A DNA stretch of 63,993 bases, the filler included, from Collodictyon triciliatum (lineage: Eukaryota): the NCBI GenBank assembly GCA_043381765.1. It is 6 parts of 6 records of this genome, joined end to end, with 100 filler letters (N's around TTAATTAATTAA, not from the genome) between each part and the next. Parts side by side here need not be neighbours in the genome. Positions count along the whole stretch, not along the records: positions 1 to 11,897 come from JBHJMP010002288.1; positions 11,998 to 23,881 come from JBHJMP010002289.1; positions 23,982 to 35,863 come from JBHJMP010002290.1; 3 more parts are not named here. One strand, written 5' to 3'. How positions within the stretch are numbered: the first letter of the stretch is position 1; every line of letters begins with the position of its first letter. A program made the translations under genes and the position numbers. Below, in pieces: positions 1 through 29,173 of this stretch. The notes under the pieces are model-generated. The model saw nothing but the letters and a program-made list of their open reading frames with translations. It did not search any database and was not told the DNA's origin.

Positions 1-102
<102 letters not shown>

Positions 103-135
103 AAACCTTTTTCTGCGTCCAAACCGCAGTACCAC

Positions 136-9028
<8,893 letters not shown>

Positions 9029-9698
9029 CCCGCCGAAACCTTTGTGCAACAGACGGTGCCGTTCTTTTGCTTTGTTGCTGTGTGAGGTCTTCGCCATCCA
9101 TCTGACAAAACCTACTTTACATCCGCAGCATGTAGAGTATGTCCCATCGATGCATAAAGAACGGCACCTCGCTACAACACGAACAAGAAGGAAAGGAGAA
9201 GAAAAAAGAAAAGAAAAGAAAAGAAAAGGACAAGAAAAAGAAGGAAGGGGGTTTCGTGCATGCTTGAATTGGCATTCTCGCGATGATAATAAACTCTCTT
9301 TTCTCCATTTGCTGTGTTTGTTGTATGTTTGTTGTGTTCTTTATTTCGACTACAGGATATATTTCCCGTTTCTTCTTGTTATTATGAGCCTATTTCTTTC
9401 CCATTTTAATCTTCCATTTTTATTATTATTTTTTTTTTGTCGCTTCTACTTTCCTCCACGGTGGCTGTCTGTGCGGAGGCCACTTTTCTTGTTTTCCCGA
9501 AAACCCCTCTCTTTTCTCTTTTCATAGCGCCGATGGTTCCTTGTCTGCCATTCTCCTGGCTGTATCGCGACTTTAGATCATTTCATTTTTCTTTACGAGT
9601 GCCTCCTTCAGATCTTGTAAAATCCCGGTCAAAAACACTCCAGCCGATAAGGCAGACGTGACATTGACCAGACTTCGCTTCTCTAGCTGAGGAACAGA

Positions 9699-11205
9699 AT
9701 GTCAAACAACTGGGGCTCTGTGTTGGACTTCTTGTGTTCTTCCACCGGTGGTCAAATCTTGTGGCGTATGTCCTCTTGCGCATATTTTAAACACGATAAA
9801 TCACTCTTTTCTTTTATTTTCCAAAAAAAAAAAAATTGTTGCTATTTATTCAGGTCTGTTTTTTTTATTATATCTTTGTTTATCTATTTATTTATTTATT
9901 TATTATTTATTTATTATTTATTTATTATTTATTTATTATTTATTTATTATTTATTTATTATTTATTTATTTATTATTTATTTATTGCATACATTTCGATA
10001 TCAAAAATATCCATCTGTAGAAAGGGATGGGAGAAAGAACAAGACGCAGACCAAACATTTTAAAACTACTGTTCTGCTTAGATGCTTTGGCAGCACTCTC
10101 TCTTATTTCATACCCAAAAGCTTGTTCGATAATCCAAAGGACTGGACAGGAAGACTTCTTGGAGTATTTTATTCAGCCTTTATGCAAATCATACATACAT
10201 ACATACATACATACATACATACATACATACATACATACANNNNNNNNNNNNNNNNNNNNNNNNNNNNNNNNNNNNNNNNNNNNNNNNNNNNNNNNNNNNN
10301 NNNNNNNNNNNNNNNNNNNNNNNNNNNNNNNNNNNNNNNNNNNNNNNNNNNNNNNNNNNNNNNNNNNNNNNNNNNNNCCAGGCAGAACTTGACTCGGAAG
10401 AGTCTGAGGTACTTTGACTTCTAGAATGGCTCCCTCCTTCTTTCTTTTTATATGCGTCGGACTGTGGATGGGGAATAAACAAACGTGGATAAATGAGTGC
10501 GAATTCGTATATATTTACTTCAAAGTTACACTCAAGTATTCACAATAATTTAATTCCGTAATATTCTGCTACTGATATCTTAAATTAATGTACTTTATAC
10601 CATAAGACGCGCATCTATCCCCATTAAGATTGGTGGATTATGTTGAATCTTGAGATTTCGTTGACTTCGTAGCAGACTGACTGACGAATGGAATGAATGC
10701 TCTGATACCTGATGTATAATACATACTTGTTAATTAGTTTCTGGAAGAAAAATAGTTTTTTTTTATCAACAACATAGAGCATTACCGTGGAGTGAGTATC
10801 ATGCTCTCTTGGCTGTCTTGATATAGTTGACAGGCGACTGATAAATAATTCAATTAAGTATTTTCCAATATACAAATTCATACTATTCTATTGTGTATTC
10901 ATGTTCATTTCTTTTTTCAAAAAAGAAAAGAAAAAGAAATGGAAACCTTGCATTTCTGCTGCGATTCTCAAATATAAATACGGTTTGCTGTTGCCTCTTT
11001 TTCGGGGTAAATGAGAGCCCTAGGTCGGACATGAAAAAGTCGCGTGGTAAGACGAGTAAATATCTCAAGAAAATAAGAAAATACAGTCACACTTGCCTGT
11101 TGGAGGAGACAGAATAGCTCCGACAATATTCAAGGCAGCTCCAATCAAGAACAGCAGCAGTTCCAAAATCGACTTTTCTTTGTATTCCCCGAAATAAATC
11201 CCTGA
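9699..11205 (+). CDS. Hypothetical protein with a PH-domain-like N-terminus, interrupted by an assembly gap
   Basis: ATG 9699 exon MSNNWGSVLDFLCSSTGGQILW splices in frame to 10021-10163 (QRDGRKNKTQTKHFKTTVLLRCFGSTLSYFIPK...RLLG), which resembles PH strands beta1-beta4. Gap at 10240-10377; downstream exons and 3' end are uncertain. Confidence 0.4.
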
Positions 11206-11897
11206 AGCAAAATATTTGATTTATATAATAAGAAAAACTAAACAAAACCCAAGAACCAAAACGCAGAAGAAAAAAAAAGCAAAGGAAGGCGTGGAAATAA
11301 ACCAACACCTAGTTCAGATTTTATTATGATTATTTACTTACATCCAGATGCTATACCAAAAAATATACATGAGCTCTGGGTAAATGGGTGGATCAATGAT
11401 GGATGGAAGGTCTTATTCGCGTATCGATACAAGAGACACTGCAATTATATGACAGATTAATTCAAAGCATAACCAAATTCTTACATTACAAAGAGTCATT
11501 AAATTAGACGGTGGTAAAATGTTCTGTGATAATTAAACAATCCAATTTTTTTTTAAAAAGATTCTTCAATTTGAATCATACCAGAATAATAAGGAACAAA
11601 ACAAAGATACCAGCAAGCGAATACGTGATAGGATGATTCAGATCAATATCAGAATCTATGCTCTTCCGAATTATCAATGCTCTATATATAAACAAATAAT
11701 AATATAATTACAATTTCAATATTATGTAAATACTTTTTTTCGAAATAAAATATCAAATTAAGTTTTATAGAAACAAAAATGAAGCTATAATCCATAAAAG
11801 AGAAAAAAGAGAAAAAAGAGAAAAAAGAGAAAAAAGAGAAAAAAGAGAAAAAAGAGAAAAAAGAGAAGAAAAGAGAAGAAAAGAGAAGAAAAGAGAA

Positions 11898-11997
11898 NNN
11901 NNNNNNNNNNNNNNNNNNNNNNNNNNNNNNNNNNNNNNNNNTTAATTAATTAANNNNNNNNNNNNNNNNNNNNNNNNNNNNNNNNNNNNNNNNNNNN
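11898..11997. other. Artificial scaffold spacer (44N + TTAATTAATTAA + 44N)
   Basis: Six-frame stop linker at 11942-11953; the same 100-nt structure recurs about every 11.98 kb. Confidence 0.97.
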
Positions 11998-12065
11998 TGT
12001 TTTGTTTTGTTTTGTTTTGTTTTGTTTTGTTTTGTTTTGTTTTGTTTTGTTTTGTTTTGTTTTGT

Positions 12066-12096
<31 letters not shown>

Positions 12097-12136
12097 AACC
12101 CATACCGATTCACCATGCTGAAAACCAATATTTTAG

Positions 12137-18775
<6,639 letters not shown>

Positions 18776-19421
18776 AACCCCCCTTGGTTGGAGAAATACA
18801 CAAAGGAAAGAGTAGAGACTGACATGAGAGGAAATCCAGAACGCAACCCCGTAGAGTTTCGATCTCATGAATGTAAACCGATGGCGGCATTCTTGCAATT
18901 TGGCTCTGTGTCAAACGAGAATGCACTTGTGTGGATGAAATACACACACAATAATTACACCTTAGGCGAAGCACAGATGATTAATTTCCGTCCTTCCTCT
19001 TTCCCTTTCCCTTTTTCTATTTTTTTTCCTCTCGTTTCCTTGTTTCCTGGCTTTATACTCCTACGTTTAGTCTTCAACTCTGCGTCGATCGACCGGCTCA
19101 TCATGCCGCATTGTCCACCTTCTGATTTTCATTCCCGAGAAAAAAAAATGATGGGGAAAGTAAACATACGAAAGCACCAAAAGTGAATGCGGCTTCGAGA
19201 TAACAACAACAATAACAACAACTGTGTGACAACGCCCAAATATGCAAATTGCCACCAGAATTCCACAAACCAAATCCTGCCTGCTTATCGGCCGTCTTAA
19301 CTATCACGCACTCCGTTTTATTGCAGAGGAAAGAGTAAAGAGGAAAGAGTAAAGAGGAAATGAGAGAGAAAGAAAGAAGAAAAACATGGTAGAAAAATGG
19401 TTTATCCGCACGCTGTGGCCG

Positions 19422-22400
19422 TCACTGCAACTCGTAGAAGAGGACGTATGCCTGGGACTGCAGCACTTGGTCGAGGGAGGTCTCTGCCGGATGCTGATCA
19501 TCAAAGCGAATCCACGTGTCGTGATGCGGGTACTTGACGGCGCTGGTATAGTGTCCGCTGGCGAGGTCTCTCCCGTGGTGGCTGACCACTGAGCGATATG
19601 ATGTGGTGTGATGTATGTGATGCATGTGATGCATGTGATGTGAGTGATGTGATGTGATGTGATGTATGTGATGTATGTGATGTATGTGCTGTATGTGCTG
19701 TATGCGATGTGTGTGATGTGGTGTGATGTATGTGATGTTGGCAGAACCTGCAATCAGCGAATAACGCTGCTCCGGTGACCGAAACGTTGGGCAGTTGAAG
19801 TGTCGCGGAAGGAGCTGCTCCTGGACGGATTGGACAACATGGGTTGAGCAGTGGAACTAAAGGCGGATTCAGTGAGGATTAATTGGGTATTGAAAGGCGA
19901 GCACTAACTGGGAACGGAATGTGCGCCATAATTTTCCTCTGCGAGGATTCCGTCCAGGTGAATCGCTTGAGAAGCAGAATCAGCACTTTTGGAAGGCGTT
20001 CGATTTGGATTTGCTTTCGGCCGGTGAGCTATGAAACGTGAAGAGATGGGGCAGGTTTTGTGAATCATACGATGGCGCTAGTGGCTCCATTCTATTTTGT
20101 TCCTGGGTCTTTATCTGCATTTTTATTGGTACTAAAAACTTTTCTTCTTCTTCTTTTTCTTTTTTGATTCTATGTTTACCATTACCGAGTCATCTTCGTC
20201 GTCAAGTCTCTCCTCAGATATAAAATACTTGATGGAGGCCTCCAGGGTAAGCGGTCCATTTTTCTGAGGATAATGATACAAGAATAAGTGCATGTGATAG
20301 AAACTTGATGGAAAATTATTTATATATATTTTACACACAATATAAGTAACATGATAGTGAATGAGATGAAGGACATCAAACAGATAATATGTTATTGTTT
20401 TTGATTGCGATAGACTTAATCGAAAATAGAATGATAATTAGGAAGAGCATAGACATGGAAGCGCATTCCCTTTATTGGTTGCGAACAGTATTTTAAATAT
20501 TTCGAAGAAACATCATGGAATTAATCAATTATATCAACCAAATGAACTCAATACCGGGACTTCGAGAGGGATTGTTAAAAATGGCTCGAAGCTAGACGAA
20601 GCCTATGGACAAAAGAGCAACAAATTGAGACCTTTCCTATGTCTTCTTTCTTTCTTTCTTTTTTTGTTTTTTTTTTTTGTTTTTTGTTTTTTGTTTTTTA
20701 TGTAATGCACTTAGCAAGCATGATGTGATAAATTTCGAAAATCATGGCGAATAATGAAAATTTTACTTTAGTCCCAGTCTTCTTAAAGGTGCTTTTGAAA
20801 ACTCCGCCAAACAAGTCAGTGATTGGAGAAGATGGAAATTCAGTCTTTGAATTCGAGAGGAAAGACGCGTAATTTCAATCACCAATTAGTTAACATGTTA
20901 CAATTATTTTATCACACTTTTGTTTGATTTATAATGGGTTAAAATATACAAACCGCTGTAATAATCACAGATGTTTTTTTCCGAGGCCCTGCCTGAATCC
21001 ATTCTTGCTCTGCGTCTGTTGCTGTCTCGGTTTTCTTGGTTGGCATGACTGCAAGAAAAAAAAAAGAAATTCAGTAATAATGTGCTTTTCTTTTTACGAT
21101 AATTTAAAATAATTCTTGCTTTGCAACTGTTTTAATGGGTGTTAGAGGTCAAGTGCACTAATATCGCGTTTGAAAAGAAAATAACCTTTTAAGAAGTCCT
21201 CGTGCAAACCATTCAGTAGGAACATTAGAAATTCTTGCGCGTCTTGTTGGCATTTCATCCCAAGCTGTATGTGAAAGAAAATTTCACCAGGCTTAAAACT
21301 CATGAGATTTCGTATTCTTCAAAGAAAAAAGTGTATATTTAGTCTTATCGCAATCAATCTTGTGATTAGCTCAAAGATAATTGCTTCTTCTTTTTTTTAT
21401 AGTCATATAATGTCATTTTAAAATGAATATTTCCATGTTGTCATGAAAAACAAACAAATGTCGAAAATAATCCTTTTCCGGGGAGATAGTAGGAATACGG
21501 GTTAATGGCTGCGTCATAACGAATGGCTGCAGGAGATTTCTGATGCAAAGTGGACTTTGTAGATGATTTCGAAAGGGCGTCGAATGTGCGGAAATCGGCA
21601 AATAAATTAACGCTGTAGATATGAAAAAGTACATTAATGACTAACTTTGAAAGGAAAATCAAGCTGTCAAGAAATAAACATCAGCAAAGATAAATCCCCT
21701 TTATGGGGAAATTTAATGAAATATTGAAAATGTTGCATTAATAACTCTTACGTATCTTCTATGTAAGGAAGATTTTTCATCTCTGGGTCCGCCAGGAACC
21801 CTACCAATTTTTTCATGAGAAAGCCAAATCCGGATGTTCCAACCAGGCATTGGAGAATCTTTTCGAATCATAAAATCAATCGATGATTGAAACGTATCAA
21901 AGAATAGTAGTGATTTTGATATCAAATGTTTAACAATCTCCATAGCAAGCTAAAGGCAATAATTTACGAGATGTGATAGGATAAGGTATTATTTAGCTCG
22001 GGATAATAGGCGATGAAGCGTAGATAAAGAAAAAATTAAAAATTAAGCGTTGACTACTTTGTAGAATTCGAGAAAAATTACAGAGTTTGCATAACAGTTA
22101 TTGTGAGGGTTAAGAAATGGGCGGGGATAGAAGCGAATCGGCATTTTTGTCAGAAACTCTGGCTTGTAGTCTACATTTACGTTTAATATGCCCCATTAAA
22201 AAATAGTTTGACAAAGTTCATGATGAAGGAATAATCCGAAAATCCGAGATTGAAGTTTTTTTTTAATATATACTTAAGTTCAACTGATATCTATTTCTTT
22301 CTTTTTTAACTGATGTCTGATAAAATATATAAATAAAAACCTTGCATAAATTTAATGATGGATGGTGTCGCAACCACTATTTGGGAATTCAGAGTGGAGA

Positions 22401-23132
22401 CAAAAAAAAATGACAATATTACATAAATAATTGGCTGATTAGTGGTATAGTTTACCTGACAGAGCATCATGTCTTCATTGTTTTGGCTTTTGACGATTTA
22501 GTATTATCATTTTTTTTATAATTTTTACATCTAAATTAATGTTTATGTTTATGTTTGTGTTTCTGTTTACGTTTATATTTATGTTTATGTTTCTATTTAT
22601 ATTTATGTTAAAACAACAGAGCCCAACCCCGATTAATTAATCTCCCATCTGGTGTTTTGGACGTTAGACTCGACGGACGCTCTGCTCCAGTCCATGCTTT
22701 TTTCTTCTCAGGCTCCTTTTTTTCCTTTGTATCTTCTGCTTCGTGCTCAGCTGAGGATGGCGCAGAGCCCCCCGATGTGGCAGAGTCCGGCAGCACTTCC
22801 TTTGTCTTTGCGGCAACTGCCTGAGTTTCCCTTTGCGATTCTTTCGCTTCTGCTTCTGCTTTCTTCGGCTGCGATTGTGCTTCCGTTGTTGGAGGGTTTG
22901 GTAGGGATGAAGCGTTTGGCTTCAGTGTTGCAAGTGGGTCGATCTGTTTTTGCCTTTGTTTCTCTTTCGGCTTTGTTTTCGCCTTTGCCGTGGGGTTGCC
23001 TTCTATTGATGCATGTGACGCATCCACAGTGTTTGGCTCATGTTGTGAAGTCGGGCTTTGTTTCGCGACACTGTCTGGCTCTTTGTGCGTTGGTGGAGCA
23101 GCCTTTGCCTCAAAGCTCCCGAACTTGAACAT
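19422..23132 (-). CDS. Ubiquitin-specific protease, USP10/Ubp3/UBP24-like
   Basis: Low-complexity N-terminal exon starting MFKFGSFE; Cys box PRPFLNPHNNCYANS-ILQCL (~22085-22130, 21860); QQDAQEFLMFLLNGLHED; SPITDLFGG; FEPFLTIPL; LPKVLILLLKRF; His box VVSHHGRDLASGHYTS...WIRFDD...AYVLFYELQ*. Confidence 0.88.
19598..19737. repeat. Degenerate (GTGAT/GTATGTGAT)n repeat in the last USP intron
   Basis: Direct reading of the sequence. Confidence 0.85.
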
Positions 23133-23147
23133 AGCTGGGTTGACTGC

Positions 23148-23382
23148 GTTTTTGTGTTTATTTTTTGTGTATTTTGTGTGTGTATTTTTTTGTGTGTGTT
23201 TCTGAGTATTTTGTGAGTATTTTGTGTATTTTGTGCTTTGGTGTGTTTTGGTGTGTTTTGGTGAATTTTTGTGTATTTTGTGTATTTTTGTGTATTTTGT
23301 GTATTTTGTGTATTTTGTGTATTTTGTGTATTTTGTGTATTTTGTGTATTTTGGTGTGTTTTGTGTATTTTTGTGTGTTTTG
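23148..23382. repeat. (TTTTGTGTA)n minisatellite upstream of the USP start
   Basis: Direct reading of the sequence. Confidence 0.9.
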
Positions 23383-23881
23383 GGTGAAAAAAAAAGAAAA
23401 AGAAAATAGAAATGAGAGGAAGTATTCTCACACCCAGTCTATTCTACCCGAAGTAATTCAGCCCCAACGCGATTTCTGGTTGTACTCGAGACTGACAGAA
23501 GAGCGGATAAAGTTGTCGGGTCGATGAAAGTACACACATGGCAGTTACTTTTTTTTTTATTCTAAAAGTCTTAGCTGTTGAGCCCGTCTCAACAATCTTT
23601 CATTCAACCACCAGGCAAGTAGTTCCAAAGTAGGTGGGGATGTGTGGGAGATAGAAAAGAAAAAATAGGGATAAAGGGTAAAAAAAAGAAAAAAGGAAAA
23701 GAGAGGTCCTTGAGGCTTGATAAGAGACGCATGGATTTCTTTTGGGGACGCGTGATAGTGTCCCACGAGCATGAGAGAAAAAGGACGGGTGATATTGATT
23801 GGATGGAGGAGGGGGAATACTGCTTTGATGGCGCAAGGTGTCGAAAAGGATGGTGAAAAGAGAAGTGAGGTTCGTTTGATA

Positions 23882-23981
23882 NNNNNNNNNNNNNNNNNNN
23901 NNNNNNNNNNNNNNNNNNNNNNNNNTTAATTAATTAANNNNNNNNNNNNNNNNNNNNNNNNNNNNNNNNNNNNNNNNNNNN
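23882..23981. other. Artificial scaffold spacer
   Basis: 44N + TTAATTAATTAA (23926-23937) + 44N. Confidence 0.97.
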
Positions 23982-24781
23982 AAGTATCAAAAAGAACAAG
24001 AGAAATTACCTTCGATGGCTTATAATCGATCGTTGTTGAGTTTTTTTTTTTTTTTTACTTACCATGGTTGTGATTATAAATATGACATGAACGAGTTTGC
24101 ATGTATTATTGAGGCATGTTGAACTCAATCTAGGTTAACAATCAGAGTAAAGGAAAAAAACTTGACAAAGAGGGTTGGTAAAGATCGTCGTTTCTCCTGA
24201 TACAGAGACCATACGCACTTATTTCCTATTTACCTCAGAGCTCAGTGGCGTTGGTTGGGAAGACACCTCCATAGTGTAGGTAGACACTTTTTATGGTCTA
24301 TTCCTTTTTCTCCTTCTTTGACTAATACACAAATATATTCAGTTAACTGCGTTTTTTCTTTCTCCCAAAGAATCACACTTCTCTCTGTAGAGGTGAATAG
24401 TTCATTTTGTTTGAGGATCAGAGAAGAGAAAAAGAAATAACCTAGACAAAGTAAGGAATATCGGATGGCTTAACGCGATGACCTTTGTTTTATGTCCAGA
24501 GTTAAACATTGGTTTTTGCCCAGCGTGTTTCTTTTTGTTTGTCTCTGTCTTTGTGAGCGGCAGATTTTGCGTGAATGTGCGCGATCAAGCGGGTGTATTT
24601 GTCAACCGAGATGCAGTTTTTTTTCTGGATTTTCGTAGAAATAATACTATTCTGGAAATTACGACAGCCCTAGATTTTCTCTTTCCCTGCCTTTTCATTC
24701 CCCAAAAATAATAATTTTTTTCTATGCTATTTTCTCTAATGGAAAAGATTTTATTTCAATGTTGAGTATGTACATGGTGAT

Positions 24782-27700
24782 TTAACGAGGTTGTATACTT
24801 ATTCCAGCGATGAGAGACTCGTCATGTGAATTTAACTTTTGCCTAGCCTCTGCAGCAATGACTCGAGATTTTTCGTAGTCGGTGGCCAGTGTAGAAAGTG
24901 CTTTGTCGTAATCCCATAATAACTGGTGGAGGGAATGCAAACGAGAGGACAAGGCTATATACTGAATTTTCGGGATGAAGAGGATGTCTTGACCAGATAC
25001 CAGTTTGATCCCATTCATACTCGATGGAGTGTTATGGATTCGTTGTGACAGGGAGGTGCAGTCGTCTTCAAGGAGCTTTAAGCGTCGCATTATATGAGCG
25101 GGGAAAGTTGTTTGGGTTTGGGGTTGTGCCGTATTTCCCTGCGAGACGTTCCAATCTTGCATTCCGTCGTTTATTTTTTGCTTCTCTGTTATAAACTTGG
25201 AAACAGTGGATTTGTATGTCTCAGCAAGGGTCATGCTCTCCTTAGCTGCGTGTTTCCAGTATTCTTCCAGTCTTATGATTTCATATATTTCGATTCTGGA
25301 TTGATTCAACTCAATCAAGAGCGATGATTTCTCTTCATGGAGAGAGTTCACTCGTTTCTGAATTTCTTCAAACATTTTCTCACGTAATACATTTTCAGAG
25401 CCCAGTCCTTGAATTGTCATGTTTAAACTCTCGATTTGCTTGGAGTGCTCGAAACTGCTGTTGTGCATATGTGAATTTCTCTCTTGTGTGTCGATCATTT
25501 GTCTAATAGACTCTCGCAGGCTCTCAGATTCTTGCAAAGATGAGCCATATAATAATTTCAAAGATTCGTGCTGTTTTGAAAGCTCTTGGAATGCCTCGCG
25601 CGTTTTGTCCAATGTCGAAGCTGTTTGCTGTAAGATGCTTTCTATGTGGGTGTATTGTCGCTGTGATTCTGATACCCGAGTGCAAAAGGCGTCACGCTCA
25701 TCGTGTAATCTTTTGTTTTCGACTCGTACTTCCTTCAACTCTTTTGCCAATAGTAGGAAGTGATCCAAATCTTCGTTCTCGGGGTCTATACATGTATAAA
25801 TAGATATCAGTGCATTTCTTTAATCATTTACGATGTGTATGTGTGTCTGTTTGATAGAAGTGTGGGTATGTGTAGGCACGGGTGCTTTTTTTTTTTGTTT
25901 TTTTTTGCTTTGTTTTTGACACAAAAGATGGAAGAAGAAAAAAAAAAGAAGCTACTACTTCACATACAACAGAATTAAAGAAAATCCTTGAAACTTATGT
26001 GATACATAAATGCGTTATTTTGAAAAGCCTGGACCTAACCTTTTGGTTGTTCTTCAACAGGGTATTCTATGGCCTCAGGATTGAAAGACATATGCCCCAT
26101 TCCATTATCAAAGGCTATGCATTTGTTTATAAAGTCGCCACCGTCATTCATTATATGATTTAATGACTTCAATTGAGAAGAGTGCTGGAATTCGGAGACA
26201 ATAAACATTTTCAACCGTTCAATGTGTTGCTTATATTTTGATAACTGAATATGGGAATTGCTCTGGGATATTTCGTTCGAGGATAAAGTGGCTGAGAGTA
26301 TCTCGACCTGTTCATGAATATCTCTGTTCAACAAGCTACATTTTTCCAGCTCTGACTCCTTGTCAAGTAATTTATCTTCGTATTTCTTCTTCGTCTGCTC
26401 TAGTTCGTTTAGAACCATGGAAAGACCCTCGATCTTTTTTGAAAGCATTAGATTTTTACTTTGAAGCTCCTTCATATTTATCAAAGACTGACTCAGTTCT
26501 TGGACCACTTCTTCCTTCTCCCTTTCAGACTCATTTAATCGTTCAAAGATATCTTGTGATTCTTTTCGAAGTTTTGCAATATTTTCTGCATGGCTATTTT
26601 CCAAATGTATCATCTCGGAGGAATGATCTTCTTTTGTCTGGCGTATCTGAGAAACCAACTCGGATATTTTCTGTTTCAATGAATTCAAGAGTTCTAGTTG
26701 GACGCCATCACGTTGCTTATAGTTTTCTTCCGCTTGACTTAATTGAGCCTTTGTCTCATCCAATATACTGTTGAATCCTATGTAGAGGGATTCAACAATC
26801 TTTTCGTGATGTGACTTTTGAAGCGTAAATTCTTCTTCCATCTCATACACCCTTTTCTTGTATAAATCAAGAATAGCAGCCTGAGATTGGTAATTTTCAA
26901 GCTCTTTCAAATATCTATCTCGCTCATCTATGACACCATAGAGAGAAGAATGGAGTTCTTCAATTTTCCTTCTACGAGATGTTTGAATCAAGAATATTAA
27001 AAGAAATAATGATTGCATATGCTTATTCTCTTGCAAAGAGTAAAAATTAAATTGAAAATGAAATTAATTAGGAATAATCACGATAATAAATTATAATTGT
27101 AAATCATTAACAAGAATTGCAATAATAATAACAAAATTAATTGTCCTGTGTTATTTAATTTTTATCAGAATTAATTAATATGACGAAGATAAGAGTATAG
27201 AAACTTTATTATGGAATATTTACATCAGCTCTCTATGAAGATTAGCTCCGATCTGTTGGTGCGCATTACTAGATGCTCCTTTGTTTGTCGTCCATTGGGA
27301 GCTAGAGAAATTCAACGTAGATGACGAACCAGTCTCAGCCGAGGACATTTCATCTCCCAATTGGCTATACAATCTTTTATTCTCTATTTCTAAATTCCTG
27401 ATTCTACATAGATAAAAATATCAGCTTGGATTGGTGTTGAAGTCCGTAACTTTCTGGTTCTTGATTACAATATAAAAGAAACATCTTTGAATCGAATAAA
27501 GGAAAAATATATAATAAACATAACATAGTATTGAAGGTAGGGTTCATCTTTGATATTAAATTGTTATTTAAAAAAAAATAACCTGGATTTATACTGTTGA
27601 ACTTCGTCACTTAAAGACTCGATAGTTGTTTTTTGCCTTACGTCCAATGATTTTTGATCTGTTATTTCTCTCTGTAGCGACCTAACAGTAAGCTCACAAG

Positions 27701-29173
27701 ATGCCAGTTTCTCTTGTGATATATTAGATTCCTTCTTAATTCGTTCGATTGCCGATTGGTTTGATTCTATCATGCGCACAATTTGAATAGGGATTGATGT
27801 TTCATAGTCAAATAGGATTTGCTGCTGCTTATGAATTTTCTGGGATATTGCCTCTCTGAGCTGCGCGTTTTCTTCTGATAAATGATTGATTCGCATATTC
27901 AACTCATCATAATTAGTACTGTTCTGCTCCTTATGTATTTGGTGTGAAAATCCATGGGCAGACTTTGTATGAGACAATATATTTCCATTATCTATGATAT
28001 GATTGGTTCTATGGCTGACTTTACCCTAAAATCAATAACGGCGTATTAAGCGGTGGTTGAATTTGCAGAGTGAGTAGCCGGATTCGTTTGTTTGATTATT
28101 TATTTTAGATTTTGAATATATCACCACCGTATATGAAGAATGGTTTCCTGTAGAAGCTCGTTGGTGGTTGTGATTCACTCTTTGAATAATAGGAGTATAT
28201 ACTCTCGTGTCGTTATCTGATGAGCTACGGTGTTGACTTGAATTGAATTGAATTGAATTAAAATTATCAATGCTTGGAAGATTGCAACAAGGCATCTGGT
28301 AAATTAATATATGTTTTTTATGTGCATATGAGTATCACATATCATACTTCTTTTTAAGAAAATACGCGCTAAAAGAAAAAGAGAAAATAATAAATAATTA
28401 TGATTTGGTACGTTAATTTTTTCCATTTTTATAAGAGCAAACAGAAAAATAATAAAAAGGGAGTAGTAAATGGAATTTAGATACCTGGAGGTGGGAATGT
28501 TCTGCGTTTCGTTTTGTACAATATCCTTTGTTTGGTCGTGAGAAACTTGATGATGCAAGCTTATAGAGAGATGACTTTCTCCAGAGCTTTTTCGTATAAC
28601 CAGCGGTTGTGACTTTAATGGTGTGGTAAATACTAATTTGTGCCAGAATGAGAAAGTGGAGAGAGAAGGAAAAAAAAGTAAAACTCAAGCATCAATTTAA
28701 GAAGGGAGACACCAATTACATGCATTATGAATGATTGTTGAGTTTAAAGTGATGAATAAATATAGAAAATAAACAAAATAATAATAAAACATAGTAAAAA
28801 AAAAGAAAGTAAGCAACGAAGACGCCAAGTACCCTTTCTCGACTCTTCCTCGATGGTTTCACTTGAAATGAATGATAATTGGGCCTGTGCCTTTGACAGC
28901 AGTAAGCGATACTCTTGCGTATTGAAGTTCTCTGATAAAAAAAAAAAAGTAAAACTATTTTAAAATCATTCATTTGCTCATCTAAAAATGAATAGAACTA
29001 GTTGACATGAAAAAAAAACCTCTTTTCTTAGACGACAACTCGGGCGTTTTGGGTGTCACAAAACTCTGGGGACTGCCTACAACCCGGTTCACGGAGTTGG
29101 GTGTGGCTGGACGAGCGCCCATAGACATGGAAAAGCTAATTGGAGAACTTGAGGGATTTTCGTATTTGCTCAT
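24782..29173 (-). CDS. Large multi-exon coiled-coil protein of unknown function with an S/P-rich N-terminus (3' end uncertain)
   Basis: ATG 29173 (MSKYENPSSSPISF...TPKTPE). Long heptad-rich exons at ~27590-28030, ~26040-26975 and ~24800-25790. Further exons toward 24000-24700 could not be resolved. Confidence 0.7.
27469..27521 (+). mobile_element. Micro-insertion copy 3 with 16-bp direct repeats (2 mismatches)
   Basis: AATATAAAAGAAACAT / AATATATAATAAACAT flank CTTTGAATCGAATAAAGGAAA; antisense in an intron. Confidence 0.6.

Noticed and set aside
11942-11953. TTAATTAATTAA recurring every ~12 kb as a biological periodic element
   Set aside because: Always centred in 44N + 44N; it is a six-frame stop linker added during assembly.
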